Assembly: GCA_001781435.1 (NCBI GenBank)
Contig: MFLV01000009.1
Span: forward strand, 435 to 58,698
Direction of reading: 5' to 3'
DNA length: 58,264 nucleotides
DNA from: Candidatus Kaiserbacteria bacterium RIFCSPLOWO2_01_FULL_51_21
Lineage (GTDB): Bacteria; Patescibacteriota; Minisyncoccia; Phycocordibacterales; 2-01-FULL-51-21
The stretch's first letter is position 1; every line of letters starts with the position of its first letter. Position numbers and translations under genes: made by a program. The notes under the pieces were generated by a model. It was given only the letters and a program-made list of their open reading frames with translations. It did not search any database and was not told the DNA's origin. This document shows positions 50,995-58,264 of this stretch, piece by piece.

Positions 50995-51909
50995 ATGGTG
51001 AATCGATACGAGCATAACGGTTTGGTTTGGGTTGACCTTGAGACACCAACCGAAACAGAGGTTCGTCAGATAATGGAAGAATTTACGATTGACCCCTTAG
51101 TGGCGGAGGAGCTTCTCATACCCTCGGTAAAACCAAAAGTGGAATCTTACCGAAATTATATTTACCTCATTCTTCACTTTCCCGCGTTCAAACATACGCA
51201 CACCGACAATCGGGAGCAGGAAATTGATTTCATCGTCGGAAAACGTTTCCTCATTACCGCTCGCTACGACACCATCGATCCGCTCCATAAGTTTGCCAAG
51301 GTTTTCGAAGTACACTCGATTCTTGAAAAAAAAGACCAGGTGAAACACGGGGGATTTCTTCTCTACCACATGATCCGGAAACTGTATAAAGCAGTGGAGC
51401 ATGAACTCGATTTCATACGCGATGAGCTTGTCGATGTTGAGCAGAAAATTTTTGAAGGCCGCGAAAGAGAAATGGTCGTGAAGCTCTCGGAACTCTCCCG
51501 CGCGCTCCTTTGCTTCAAGCAGTCCCTTTCCATGCACCGCGCAACCCTCGAATCGTTTGACCACGCCGCCGGCCGTTTCTTCGGCACCACGTTCTCCTAT
51601 CATATGAGAAGCGTCGTCGGGCTCTACCAGCGAGTTCAGGAAGATATCATAGGAAACTTGGATACGCTAAGTGAGCTTCGGGAGACCAACAACTCCCTGC
51701 TCTCCATAAAACAGAACGAGATCATGAAGACGCTTACCCTCATGGCATTCACCACTTTTCCACTCGTTCTCATTGCCGCAATTTTCAGCATGGATACGAA
51801 AAACACTCCGTTCATCGGGAACCCCTTTGATTTTTGGATTGTTCTCGGTATCATGCTCTGTGCCACAGGGGTATTTTTCTCTTTCTTCAGACACCGCGGC
51901 TGGCTGTAG
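50995..51909 (+). CDS. corA: CorA-family cation transporter with SMD in place of the GMN motif
   Basis: 304 aa with the CorA cytoplasmic domain pattern and two C-terminal TM helices. The loop reads IFSMDTKNTPF where YGMNF is expected. Confidence 0.75.
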   Translation: MVNRYEHNGLVWVDLETPTETEVRQIMEEFTIDPLVAEELLIPSVKPKVESYRNYIYLILHFPAFKHTHTDNREQEIDFIVGKRFLITARYDTIDPLHKFAKVFEVHSILEKKDQVKHGGFLLYHMIRKLYKAVEHELDFIRDELVDVEQKIFEGREREMVVKLSELSRALLCFKQSLSMHRATLESFDHAAGRFFGTTFSYHMRSVVGLYQRVQEDIIGNLDTLSELRETNNSLLSIKQNEIMKTLTLMAFTTFPLVLIAAIFSMDTKNTPFIGNPFDFWIVLGIMLCATGVFFSFFRHRGWL

Positions 51910-51912
51910 GCA

Positions 51913-51942
51913 CGAATTACGAATTAAGAAGTACGAATTACG
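51913..51942. repeat. heptamer-repeat locus (complement orientation)
   Basis: CGAATTACGAATTAAGAAGTACGAATTACG ends 3 nt before the cysS GTG. Confidence 0.8.
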
Positions 51943-51945
51943 TTT

Positions 51946-53337
51946 GTGCCGCTTCGACTCCACAACACGCTTACCGGAACCCTTGAGCGGTTTGAACCGC
52001 TTCAAAGCGGCGCGGTACGCATGTACAATTGCGGACCAACCGTGTATGACTTTGTGCACATCGGGAATCTCCGCTCCTACGTGTTTGTCGATACACTCCG
52101 CCGCACTTTTGAATACGAGGGTTTTCAGGTGAAGCAGGTGATGAATATTACCGATATCGGACATCTCCAGAGTGATGCTGATGAGGGAGAAGACAAGATG
52201 GTTCTGGCACTGAGACGCCAAGGCTATGAAGAGACACTTGAGAACCTCTACGCTGTCGGCACAACCTACGCCGATGCCTTTAAGCAAGACTTGCTGAAGC
52301 TAAACGTGGAGATGGCTGAAACACTCCCCCGTGCAAGCGAACACATCCCTGAACAAATTGCTCTCATCGAGGCTTTAGAAAAGCAGGGTTACGCGTATCG
52401 AATCTCCAATGGCGTCTATTTTGATACCGCTAAACTCCCGACCTATGGCAAACGCATGCGCCATGCGCTTAGCGGCGACGAAGCAGGTGCGCGTGTAGAA
52501 ACAAATCTAGAGAAGCACAACCAGCGCGATTTCGCGCTCTGGAAACTTGGAGGCACCATTGGTTGGGAAAGCCCGTGGGGCAAAGGATTCCCTGGCTGGC
52601 ACACCGAATGTGCTGCTATGTCAATGAAATATTTAGGCGAAAGCTTCGATATTCACACCGGAGGTGAAGACCTGAAGTTCCCCCACCATGAAAATGAGAT
52701 TGCGCAGGCCGAAGCCTTAACCCGTAAAACTTTTGCGCGCTATTTTCTTCATAACGCATTCGTCACGATTGCGAATGAAAGAATGGCGAAATCGAAACAA
52801 AATTTTTTCACCCTGCGCGACATTGAAACAAAGGGGATTTCCCCTCTTGCCCTTCGATACCTTTTCTTGACTTCGCACTATCGCTCACCTCTCCATTTTA
52901 CGTGGGAGGCACTCGCTGGCGCTCAAACAGCACTCAACCGATTGGAGCATACCATTGCAAGTAGCACTACTGATACCGGGAAAATCAGTACGATATATCG
53001 TACTGATTTTCTGAATGCACTTGAGGATGATTTGAATACGCCGCAGGCGCTTGCGGTCGCTTGGAATATGATAAAAGATGATTCACTTTCCCCTCCCGAT
53101 AAGCGCGCGACCCTTCTCGATATGGATCGCGTCCTTGGACTTGATTTGGAGCATGCAAAGAGCAACACCATATTGCTGAGTGATCTTCCAGAAAGGGTTC
53201 GGAATCTCGTTGAGGAACGCGAAACCGCCCGGGCAAATAAAGATTGGGCGAAGGCCGATGCGCTTCGGGAAAAGATTATCGGTATGGAGTTTGAAATTGA
53301 AGACACTGATGCGGGACCGAGACTCGGTAAAAGGTAA
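51946..53337 (+). CDS. cysS: cysteinyl-tRNA synthetase
   Basis: HIGNLRSY (HIGH-type) and KMAKSK (KMSKS-type). GTG start. Confidence 0.94.
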   Translation: MPLRLHNTLTGTLERFEPLQSGAVRMYNCGPTVYDFVHIGNLRSYVFVDTLRRTFEYEGFQVKQVMNITDIGHLQSDADEGEDKMVLALRRQGYEETLENLYAVGTTYADAFKQDLLKLNVEMAETLPRASEHIPEQIALIEALEKQGYAYRISNGVYFDTAKLPTYGKRMRHALSGDEAGARVETNLEKHNQRDFALWKLGGTIGWESPWGKGFPGWHTECAAMSMKYLGESFDIHTGGEDLKFPHHENEIAQAEALTRKTFARYFLHNAFVTIANERMAKSKQNFFTLRDIETKGISPLALRYLFLTSHYRSPLHFTWEALAGAQTALNRLEHTIASSTTDTGKISTIYRTDFLNALEDDLNTPQALAVAWNMIKDDSLSPPDKRATLLDMDRVLGLDLEHAKSNTILLSDLPERVRNLVEERETARANKDWAKADALREKIIGMEFEIEDTDAGPRLGKR

Positions 53338-53533
53338 ACGGGTCACCTATGTGGTGGTCCGTTTTTGTTAGTTTTGGTGTTTTGCTTTTTTGCTTTGATA
53401 AGGAAGCAAAGCGCCACAGCGCATATCACAAGCTCAATAACGCCCCAATTATTACGGCCTTGCTGTACTATGCATACTTTTTTCAGCAATGTTACGCACA
53501 GGTTGTGCACTGAAAGCTCCCCATAAGGAGAAT

Positions 53534-53560
53534 TTGACGAAAAATTGCCTGTGCTAGAAT
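53534..53560 (+). promoter_or_regulatory. promoter of dnaB with extended -10, leaderless-type spacing
   Basis: TTGACG (53534-53539), 15-nt spacer, TGC-TAGAAT (53552-53560). Only 6 nt remain before the ATG at 53567. Confidence 0.5.
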
Positions 53561-53566
53561 ACCCCC

Positions 53567-54958
53567 ATGGCAAATGCTTCCCCCAAACTTCGCATTCCGC
53601 CGCAGAACGTAGAATCCGAGAAAGCATTGCTCGGAAGTATCTGCCTGAAACCCGAGGGGATGCATGACATCATTGATATTGTTTCTCCCGATGCCTTTTA
53701 TGCGGAAAAGCATCGCATTATTTTTAATGTGATGCTCGAGCTTTTTGGAAAGGGCGATCCGATTGATCTCCTTTCTCTTTCCTCCCGCCTCAAGGAGCGC
53801 AGCCAGCTTGAGCATGCCGGCGGCTCTTCCTATCTTGCGGAGCTCGTGAGCGCCGTTCCTTCAGCTTCAAACCTTAAGCATTACGCGGAGCTTGTGCAGA
53901 AAAAGTACATGATGCGCTCCCTTATCGAGGCGGCAGATGGGATAAGTCAGCTTGGCTATGATGAAAGCCGCGACCTTGAAGAAGTGCTTGATGAAGCAGA
54001 AAAGAAGATTTATGAAGTTACCGCAACGCCGACCCTGCATAAATTTGTTGACCTCCGTAACATCTTGGGCGAGGCATGGGAGCGGCTTGACCGTCTGCAT
54101 AAAGCGAAAGACGAGCTCCGCGGCATACGAACCGGTTTTCGCGACCTCGACAATATGCTCGCGGGACTTCAGAAATCCGACCTCATTATCCTCGCCGCGC
54201 GCCCCTCAATGGGCAAGACATCTCTTGCGCTCGACATCGCCAGGCAAAGTTCGACGCTCTATAATACGCACGTCGGCATTTTCTCCCTTGAAATGAGCTC
54301 CCAGCAAATTGTTGACCGTATGCTCGCCGCCGAATCGAAAGTCAATTCCTGGAAACTGCGCACCGGAAAGCTCACGAGTGACGATGAATTTGACCGTATT
54401 CGCGATTCGCTCGATAAGCTTTCGAGCGCGCCGATCTTCATCGATGACCAGCCGGCAAACACCGTTCTCAAAATGCGCTCGGTCGCCCGCCGACTCAAAA
54501 GCGAAAAAGGCCTTGGTCTCATTATCGTGGATTATCTTCAGCTCATGGCGCCCACAAACGCCCGCGCCTCGGATTCGATGGTTCAGCAAGTGACCGAGAT
54601 TTCCCGCTCCCTTAAAACACTCGCTCGCGAGTTGGATGTTCCGGTTCTCGCGCTCTCCCAGCTTAGCCGGGCGATTGAACAGCGCCGCGGCAAGCCCCGC
54701 CTCTCCGACCTTCGTGACAGCGGATCGATAGAACAAGATGCGGATGTCGTCATGTTCATTCACCGCGATGACAAATACAACGAAAGCTCGACGAAACCGG
54801 GCATCGCGGAAATCTTGATTGAAAAGCACCGCAACGGTCCTACCGGCAAAATCGAGCTTTATTTCGACGAAAAACGGACAACCTTCCTCTCAATGGAAAA
54901 GAGTGACTTTGGTGATTCAGGGAGCGGAACGGCAGAAGAAGAGCCCGTTCCCTACTGA
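53567..54958 (+). CDS. dnaB: replicative DNA helicase DnaB
   Basis: PPQNVESEKALLGSICL and the Walker A motif AARPSMGKTSLALDIA. Confidence 0.96.
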   Translation: MANASPKLRIPPQNVESEKALLGSICLKPEGMHDIIDIVSPDAFYAEKHRIIFNVMLELFGKGDPIDLLSLSSRLKERSQLEHAGGSSYLAELVSAVPSASNLKHYAELVQKKYMMRSLIEAADGISQLGYDESRDLEEVLDEAEKKIYEVTATPTLHKFVDLRNILGEAWERLDRLHKAKDELRGIRTGFRDLDNMLAGLQKSDLIILAARPSMGKTSLALDIARQSSTLYNTHVGIFSLEMSSQQIVDRMLAAESKVNSWKLRTGKLTSDDEFDRIRDSLDKLSSAPIFIDDQPANTVLKMRSVARRLKSEKGLGLIIVDYLQLMAPTNARASDSMVQQVTEISRSLKTLARELDVPVLALSQLSRAIEQRRGKPRLSDLRDSGSIEQDADVVMFIHRDDKYNESSTKPGIAEILIEKHRNGPTGKIELYFDEKRTTFLSMEKSDFGDSGSGTAEEEPVPY

Positions 54959-54966
54959 TTTGCCCC

Positions 54967-54998
54967 ATTCTTAATTCGTAATTCGTACTTCTTAATTC
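54967..54998. repeat. heptamer-repeat locus
   Basis: ATTCTTAATTCGTAATTCGTACTTCTTAATTC. It shares a 22-nt string with the reverse complement of 51913-51942. Confidence 0.8.
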
Positions 54999-55007
54999 TG
55001 ATTATTG

Positions 55008-55628
55008 ATGAGCACTCTTGATAAACTGGCGGAGCTTTTTGCGCGCTTTCCCGGCATAGGGCCAAGGCAATCAAAGCGTTTTGTGTATTATCTCCTTGCC
55101 GCTCCCATCGGCGTCAGGGAAGAACTCTCTCGATTGGTGCTTGCATTAAAAAAAATGGTGAACGTGTGTTCCGAATGCCAGCGTTTTTTTACCTCAAATG
55201 GAAATCAGCAAACGCTCTGTTCCACTTGCGCCGACCCGAACCGGGATAACACGCTCCTTATGATAGTCGAAAAAGACGTTGACCTTGAAAATATTGAGCG
55301 CGCCGGCGCCTGGAGCGGAAAATATTTCGTTCTCGGTGGAACAATACCGATTTTGGAAAAAAATCCTCATGAGCGAGTTCGATCAAAACAAATCCAGAAA
55401 CTTATTGAAAATCGCGGGAAAAACAATGGGCTCAAAGAGGTCGTCCTTGCCCTTTCTCTCACGAGCGAGGGAGAAAACACTGCCGAGTTTTTGCAGAGCT
55501 CTCTTGCTCCGCTTTCCACAGCATACGGCTTTAAACTCTCGACCCTTGGGCGCGGTCTTTCAACGGGCTCGGAGCTTGAGTACTCGGACCCCGACACTAT
55601 CCGAAACGCTCTCAAAAATCGCCAATAA
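55008..55628 (+). CDS. recR: recombination protein RecR
   Basis: HhH N-terminus, the C4 zinc finger CSECQRFFTSNGNQQTLCSTC and a Toprim region. ATG at 55008 preferred over the TTG at 55005. Confidence 0.92.
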   Translation: MSTLDKLAELFARFPGIGPRQSKRFVYYLLAAPIGVREELSRLVLALKKMVNVCSECQRFFTSNGNQQTLCSTCADPNRDNTLLMIVEKDVDLENIERAGAWSGKYFVLGGTIPILEKNPHERVRSKQIQKLIENRGKNNGLKEVVLALSLTSEGENTAEFLQSSLAPLSTAYGFKLSTLGRGLSTGSELEYSDPDTIRNALKNRQ

Positions 55629-55705
55629 AATGAAAGACATCCAATGTCCTTCATTCAAGTGTTCAAAGAACTAAGTCAAATGATGGACCTACGAGGTCCA
55701 TCATT

Positions 55706-56026
55706 TTAAGAGATTGAATTGATTTTTACTTTCAGAAACGGTTGGCGATGTCCCCTTTTTTTGAAATAGCGGCTTTTGGCTTTGTATTTGATGACTGTGA
55801 CTTTGCGTGCGCGCCCGGCGGTAACAACAGTGCCAGTAGCTTTTGCCCCGGAAACCGTCGGGGTGCCAATGACTGATTCCTTCCCGTCATCGGTAAGAAG
55901 CACGGTATCAAAAGTAACCTTGTCCCCTTCCTGCTTTTCGCCAGGAAGTTTTTCAATGGTAATAACATCCCCCGCGGAGATCTTGTACTGTTTCCCGCCC
56001 GTTTGTATAACTGCAAATCCGCTCAT
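55706..56026 (-). CDS. rplU: 50S ribosomal protein L21
   Basis: MSGFAVIQTGGKQYKISAGD. ATG at 56026 chosen by similarity to the usual L21 N-terminus; the track start at 56086 adds 20 unlikely residues. Confidence 0.88.
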   Translation of the reverse strand: MSGFAVIQTGGKQYKISAGDVITIEKLPGEKQEGDKVTFDTVLLTDDGKESVIGTPTVSGAKATGTVVTAGRARKVTVIKYKAKSRYFKKRGHRQPFLKVKINSIS

Positions 56027-56036
56027 AAGTGCATTG

Positions 56037-56065
56037 AGCATAGCTAAATTGAGCTCAAATGGCAA
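56037..56065 (-). promoter_or_regulatory. candidate promoter of rplU, near-leaderless spacing
   Basis: On the minus strand: TTGCCA, 17-nt spacer, TATGCT, then 10 nt to the ATG. Confidence 0.4.
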
Positions 56066-56297
56066 TGATTTAAGCGCGATTGACATTCTTGCTGAGGTGT
56101 GCTACGTTGACTTTGGAGCGTAACTTGAAACGGTCAGGTAGACGACCCGAAACGTCCTTCGGACAACCTTCTGGCTCCTTGGGAAAAATCAAGGCCTTAA
56201 GGAAGTACGGTACTCCACCCTTCACCCAACTCCTAACAGGGGTAAGCGGGTATGATGGTTCCTTTTCTTGGTTCAACCCATGAGAAGGAGCTACAAG

Positions 56298-56978
56298 ATG
56301 TCGACATTCTCATTCCGACTGATCAAATACACTTATCGCAACCGAATCCAATACGACGATGGTCCTGGAAGTTTCAGGCACATTGTTGCGGATGAATCGT
56401 CCCACGTCCGATGGGAACGACACAATTTGCCCGAATCCTTCGGCACAAGCCTGTTGGAGCACGGGATAACTGGCGAGGTGGACTCACCCGACGGCTGGCA
56501 CGAGTATCGGTATGTGGTTGAGCGCCAAGCCACGGGCACTGACGAGTGGAAGTACGTGGGGGACATCCGCAAGGATAAGGTTCGAGACATCAACGCCCCC
56601 TACGACGACTACCCTGATCAGAGCGACTTCGAGGAGAAGCCTGAGGAGTACCACTGCTTCGAATGCGGTGCTCCCGTAACTTCGGCCGCGGAGACCTTGT
56701 GCGAGGCGTGCGAGTTGGAGGAGCAGACCAAGTACCACGAGCGTGAGCTCGAGTACGAGGAAAACCCGGTCGACAGGTTCACTTTTCACGAGTGCGCGTG
56801 GTGCAACACTGACTTCGAGGGCGAGGGTTTCCTCTGCGAAGAATGCGACACTAGGCTTATGGAGATGGAACGTGAGTCCGTAAGAGACCTGTTCCGCTTC
56901 AGAATCCTCAGCCAAGATTGGTGGGAGAACATTTACTACCACCTTTACTGGTACTGGCGTGGACTGACAAGACGCTAA
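56298..56978 (+). CDS. hypothetical protein with two CxxC...CxxC zinc-ribbon-like motifs
   Basis: ATG at 56298 behind GAAGGAG. Motifs CFECGAPVTSAAETLCEAC and CAWCNTDFEGEGFLCEEC, plus an aromatic C-terminus WWENIYYHLYWYW. Confidence 0.6.
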   Translation: MSTFSFRLIKYTYRNRIQYDDGPGSFRHIVADESSHVRWERHNLPESFGTSLLEHGITGEVDSPDGWHEYRYVVERQATGTDEWKYVGDIRKDKVRDINAPYDDYPDQSDFEEKPEEYHCFECGAPVTSAAETLCEACELEEQTKYHERELEYEENPVDRFTFHECAWCNTDFEGEGFLCEECDTRLMEMERESVRDLFRFRILSQDWWENIYYHLYWYWRGLTRR

Positions 56979-56992
56979 GCTTTTACACGAGC

Positions 56993-57024
56993 CCCCGCGA
57001 TAACATCAACGGGGTTCTTTCTTT
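56993..57024 (+). terminator. intrinsic terminator
   Basis: CCCCG-N12-CGGGG followed by TTCTTTCTTT. Confidence 0.5.
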
Positions 57025-57061
57025 ATACTTAGAGGCTTAGCCTCCAAGTGGGGGGTCTTTG

Positions 57062-58120
57062 TTATTCGCTGCGCTCCGGTCCCTCAATCGCGGCAACTTC
57101 CATGCCAGCGGCGGTGCCGGTAATGCGAAGCACATCCTTGTCGATTTTTCCGAGCTCTTTGTAGGCGGTGTTGTAGGCGTTCACGCTCGTGGACATCGCA
57201 TTGCCGAGTTTTTTCATAAATTCATCATAATTGCCAAGATGGCGCCCGAGCTCTTCCACGCGCTTACGGATTTCTTTTGCCGACTCTTCAATCTGAAGCG
57301 ACCGAAGCCCCTGAAGCACGGTCTGCAAATAGGCCATGAAAGATGTGGGTGAGACAATAATCACCTTCTTTTGCTGAAAGGCATATTCAATAAGGTCGCG
57401 AGTATTTGTTTTCACCGTGCCCACTTGATTAATGAGAAGGTCGTAGTAGACGCCCTCGGAAGGAATGAACATGAAGGCAAAGTCCATCGTGTTCTCGGTC
57501 GGACGGATGTATTTTGCCGTCTCATCAATCCGGTTCTTCAAGTCCTGCTTGAAAAGTTTCTCCAAGCGCTCGCGCTCCGTCGCGTCGCGCGTCTCCAAAA
57601 TGCGATTGTAATTTTCAAGCGAAAACTTTGAATCAATTGGAAGTATTCGTCCTTGGTCGAGAAAAATCACGGCATCGACAATTTCTCCGTTTGGAAACGC
57701 GTATTGCATCTGAAAGCGCCCGGGCGGCAGGACATTTTTGAGGACGGTCTCAAGGTAGTATTCACCGAGCACTCCGCGCTGTTTCGGATTTTTCAAAATA
57801 TCCTGAAGATTTTGCAGCTGGTCGGCGAAGGAAACAACCTGCCGGTTGGTCTCGTCGAGTTTGGTAAGTCCTGCCGTCACCTCGCGCACGATTTTGTGCG
57901 ATTCTGCAAGCTGGGTACGAACGGTGTCGTGCATCACCTTGGTGCTCTCCCCAACCTTTGCTTCAAGCGTTTTCGCGAGTTCCTGCACCTGATTTTGCAA
58001 CAGCAGCATTCCTTGGCTGTTTTCTCCGCTCGCACGGCGACGGCTCCAGAGCCACAGCGAAATGCCGTTGAGAATCAAAAGAACTATCACCGCGATACCG
58101 ATTAAAACAGTCGTACTCAT
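57062..58120 (-). CDS. rmuC: DNA recombination protein RmuC
   Basis: 352 aa with an N-terminal TM helix, a coiled coil and the RmuC nuclease-like C-terminal domain pattern. Confidence 0.88.
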   Translation of the reverse strand: MSTTVLIGIAVIVLLILNGISLWLWSRRRASGENSQGMLLLQNQVQELAKTLEAKVGESTKVMHDTVRTQLAESHKIVREVTAGLTKLDETNRQVVSFADQLQNLQDILKNPKQRGVLGEYYLETVLKNVLPPGRFQMQYAFPNGEIVDAVIFLDQGRILPIDSKFSLENYNRILETRDATERERLEKLFKQDLKNRIDETAKYIRPTENTMDFAFMFIPSEGVYYDLLINQVGTVKTNTRDLIEYAFQQKKVIIVSPTSFMAYLQTVLQGLRSLQIEESAKEIRKRVEELGRHLGNYDEFMKKLGNAMSTSVNAYNTAYKELGKIDKDVLRITGTAAGMEVAAIEGPERSE

Positions 58121-58126
58121 ATTATT

Positions 58127-58153
58127 ATTATATCATGCACCCACATTTACGAA
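58127..58153 (-). promoter_or_regulatory. promoter of rmuC with extended -10, leaderless-type spacing
   Basis: On the minus strand: TTCGTA, 15-nt spacer, TGA-TATAAT, then 6 nt (AATAAT) to the ATG at 58120. Confidence 0.5.
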
Positions 58154-58264
58154 GCGCAGCGTTCTTTTATACCATTCCCTGGTCTAATTCGTACGAATGG
58201 TACGTACAACAATGGCGGGGAGGTTAAGATTTTGGAAGATAGGGGTTTAAAAGGTTTTTTGTTA

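Noticed and set aside
51667-52287. A 206-aa minus-strand ORF spanning the corA-cysS junction.
   Set aside because: It overlaps two well-supported plus-strand genes and the intergenic heptamer array, and its translation is featureless.
53343-53627. A 94-aa minus-strand ORF with a hydrophobic stretch in the cysS-dnaB spacer.
   Set aside because: Its 5' part overlaps the dnaB start and promoter. The hydrophobic segment has no start codon or SD of its own. The spacer is more simply a cysS terminator plus the dnaB promoter.
3490-55004. The heptamer arrays as a CRISPR-like or tandem-repeat locus.
   Set aside because: The units are 7 nt with no unique spacers, the arrays are only 20-65 nt long and scattered, and no cas genes are present.

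Overview
This 58.3-kb window looks like a small-genome, uncultivated-type bacterium. Patescibacteria/CPR-like is my inference from gene content only: archaeal-type AspRS and PGI/PMI, GH57/GH15 glycogen genes, and trpBA-only Trp salvage.

The backbone is housekeeping:
- infA-rpmJ-rpsM-rpsK-rpsD-rpoA-rplQ-rplM-rpsI and grpE-dnaK-dnaJ
- a TrmB-type regulator next to LOG-like/hisS/LOG-like/PRTase-like genes
- trpB-trpA-trpS-aspS-pepA behind a T-box leader, then scpAB
- dac-mraY-ftsW-murG-gltX-M23 peptidase
- a XerC/D-like recombinase, an SLT-domain gene and tRNA-Pro(GGG)
- a minus-strand glucose/glycogen cluster (ROK kinase, PGI/PMI, GH15, GH57, glycogen-synthase-like GT)
- rpmA, rplI, an S41 protease, a CorA-like gene, cysS, dnaB, recR, rplU and rmuC

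Four signals are not explained by the genes:
1. A palindromic element family (arms TCCCGTTAGAnnT / AnnTCTAACGGGA) sits on four consecutive gene junctions of the cell-wall operon. Each copy begins with ATG and ends on the next gene's ATG. The arms show compensatory base changes, and a fifth copy lies between the S41 protease and corA.
2. Tandem heptamer arrays (MTTCKTA) occur at ten intergenic loci, always within 0-14 nt of a start codon.
3. An AT-rich four-gene cassette (PaaK/F390-synthetase-like ligase, ThiF/E1-like, tandem nitroreductase, multi-TM histidine kinase) follows an operator-bearing promoter and a 13-codon ORF.
4. Many promoters sit so close to start codons that the mRNAs would be leaderless.

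No CRISPR array, rRNA or transposase was seen. All coordinates were counted by hand; motif-level ones may be off by 1-2 nt.
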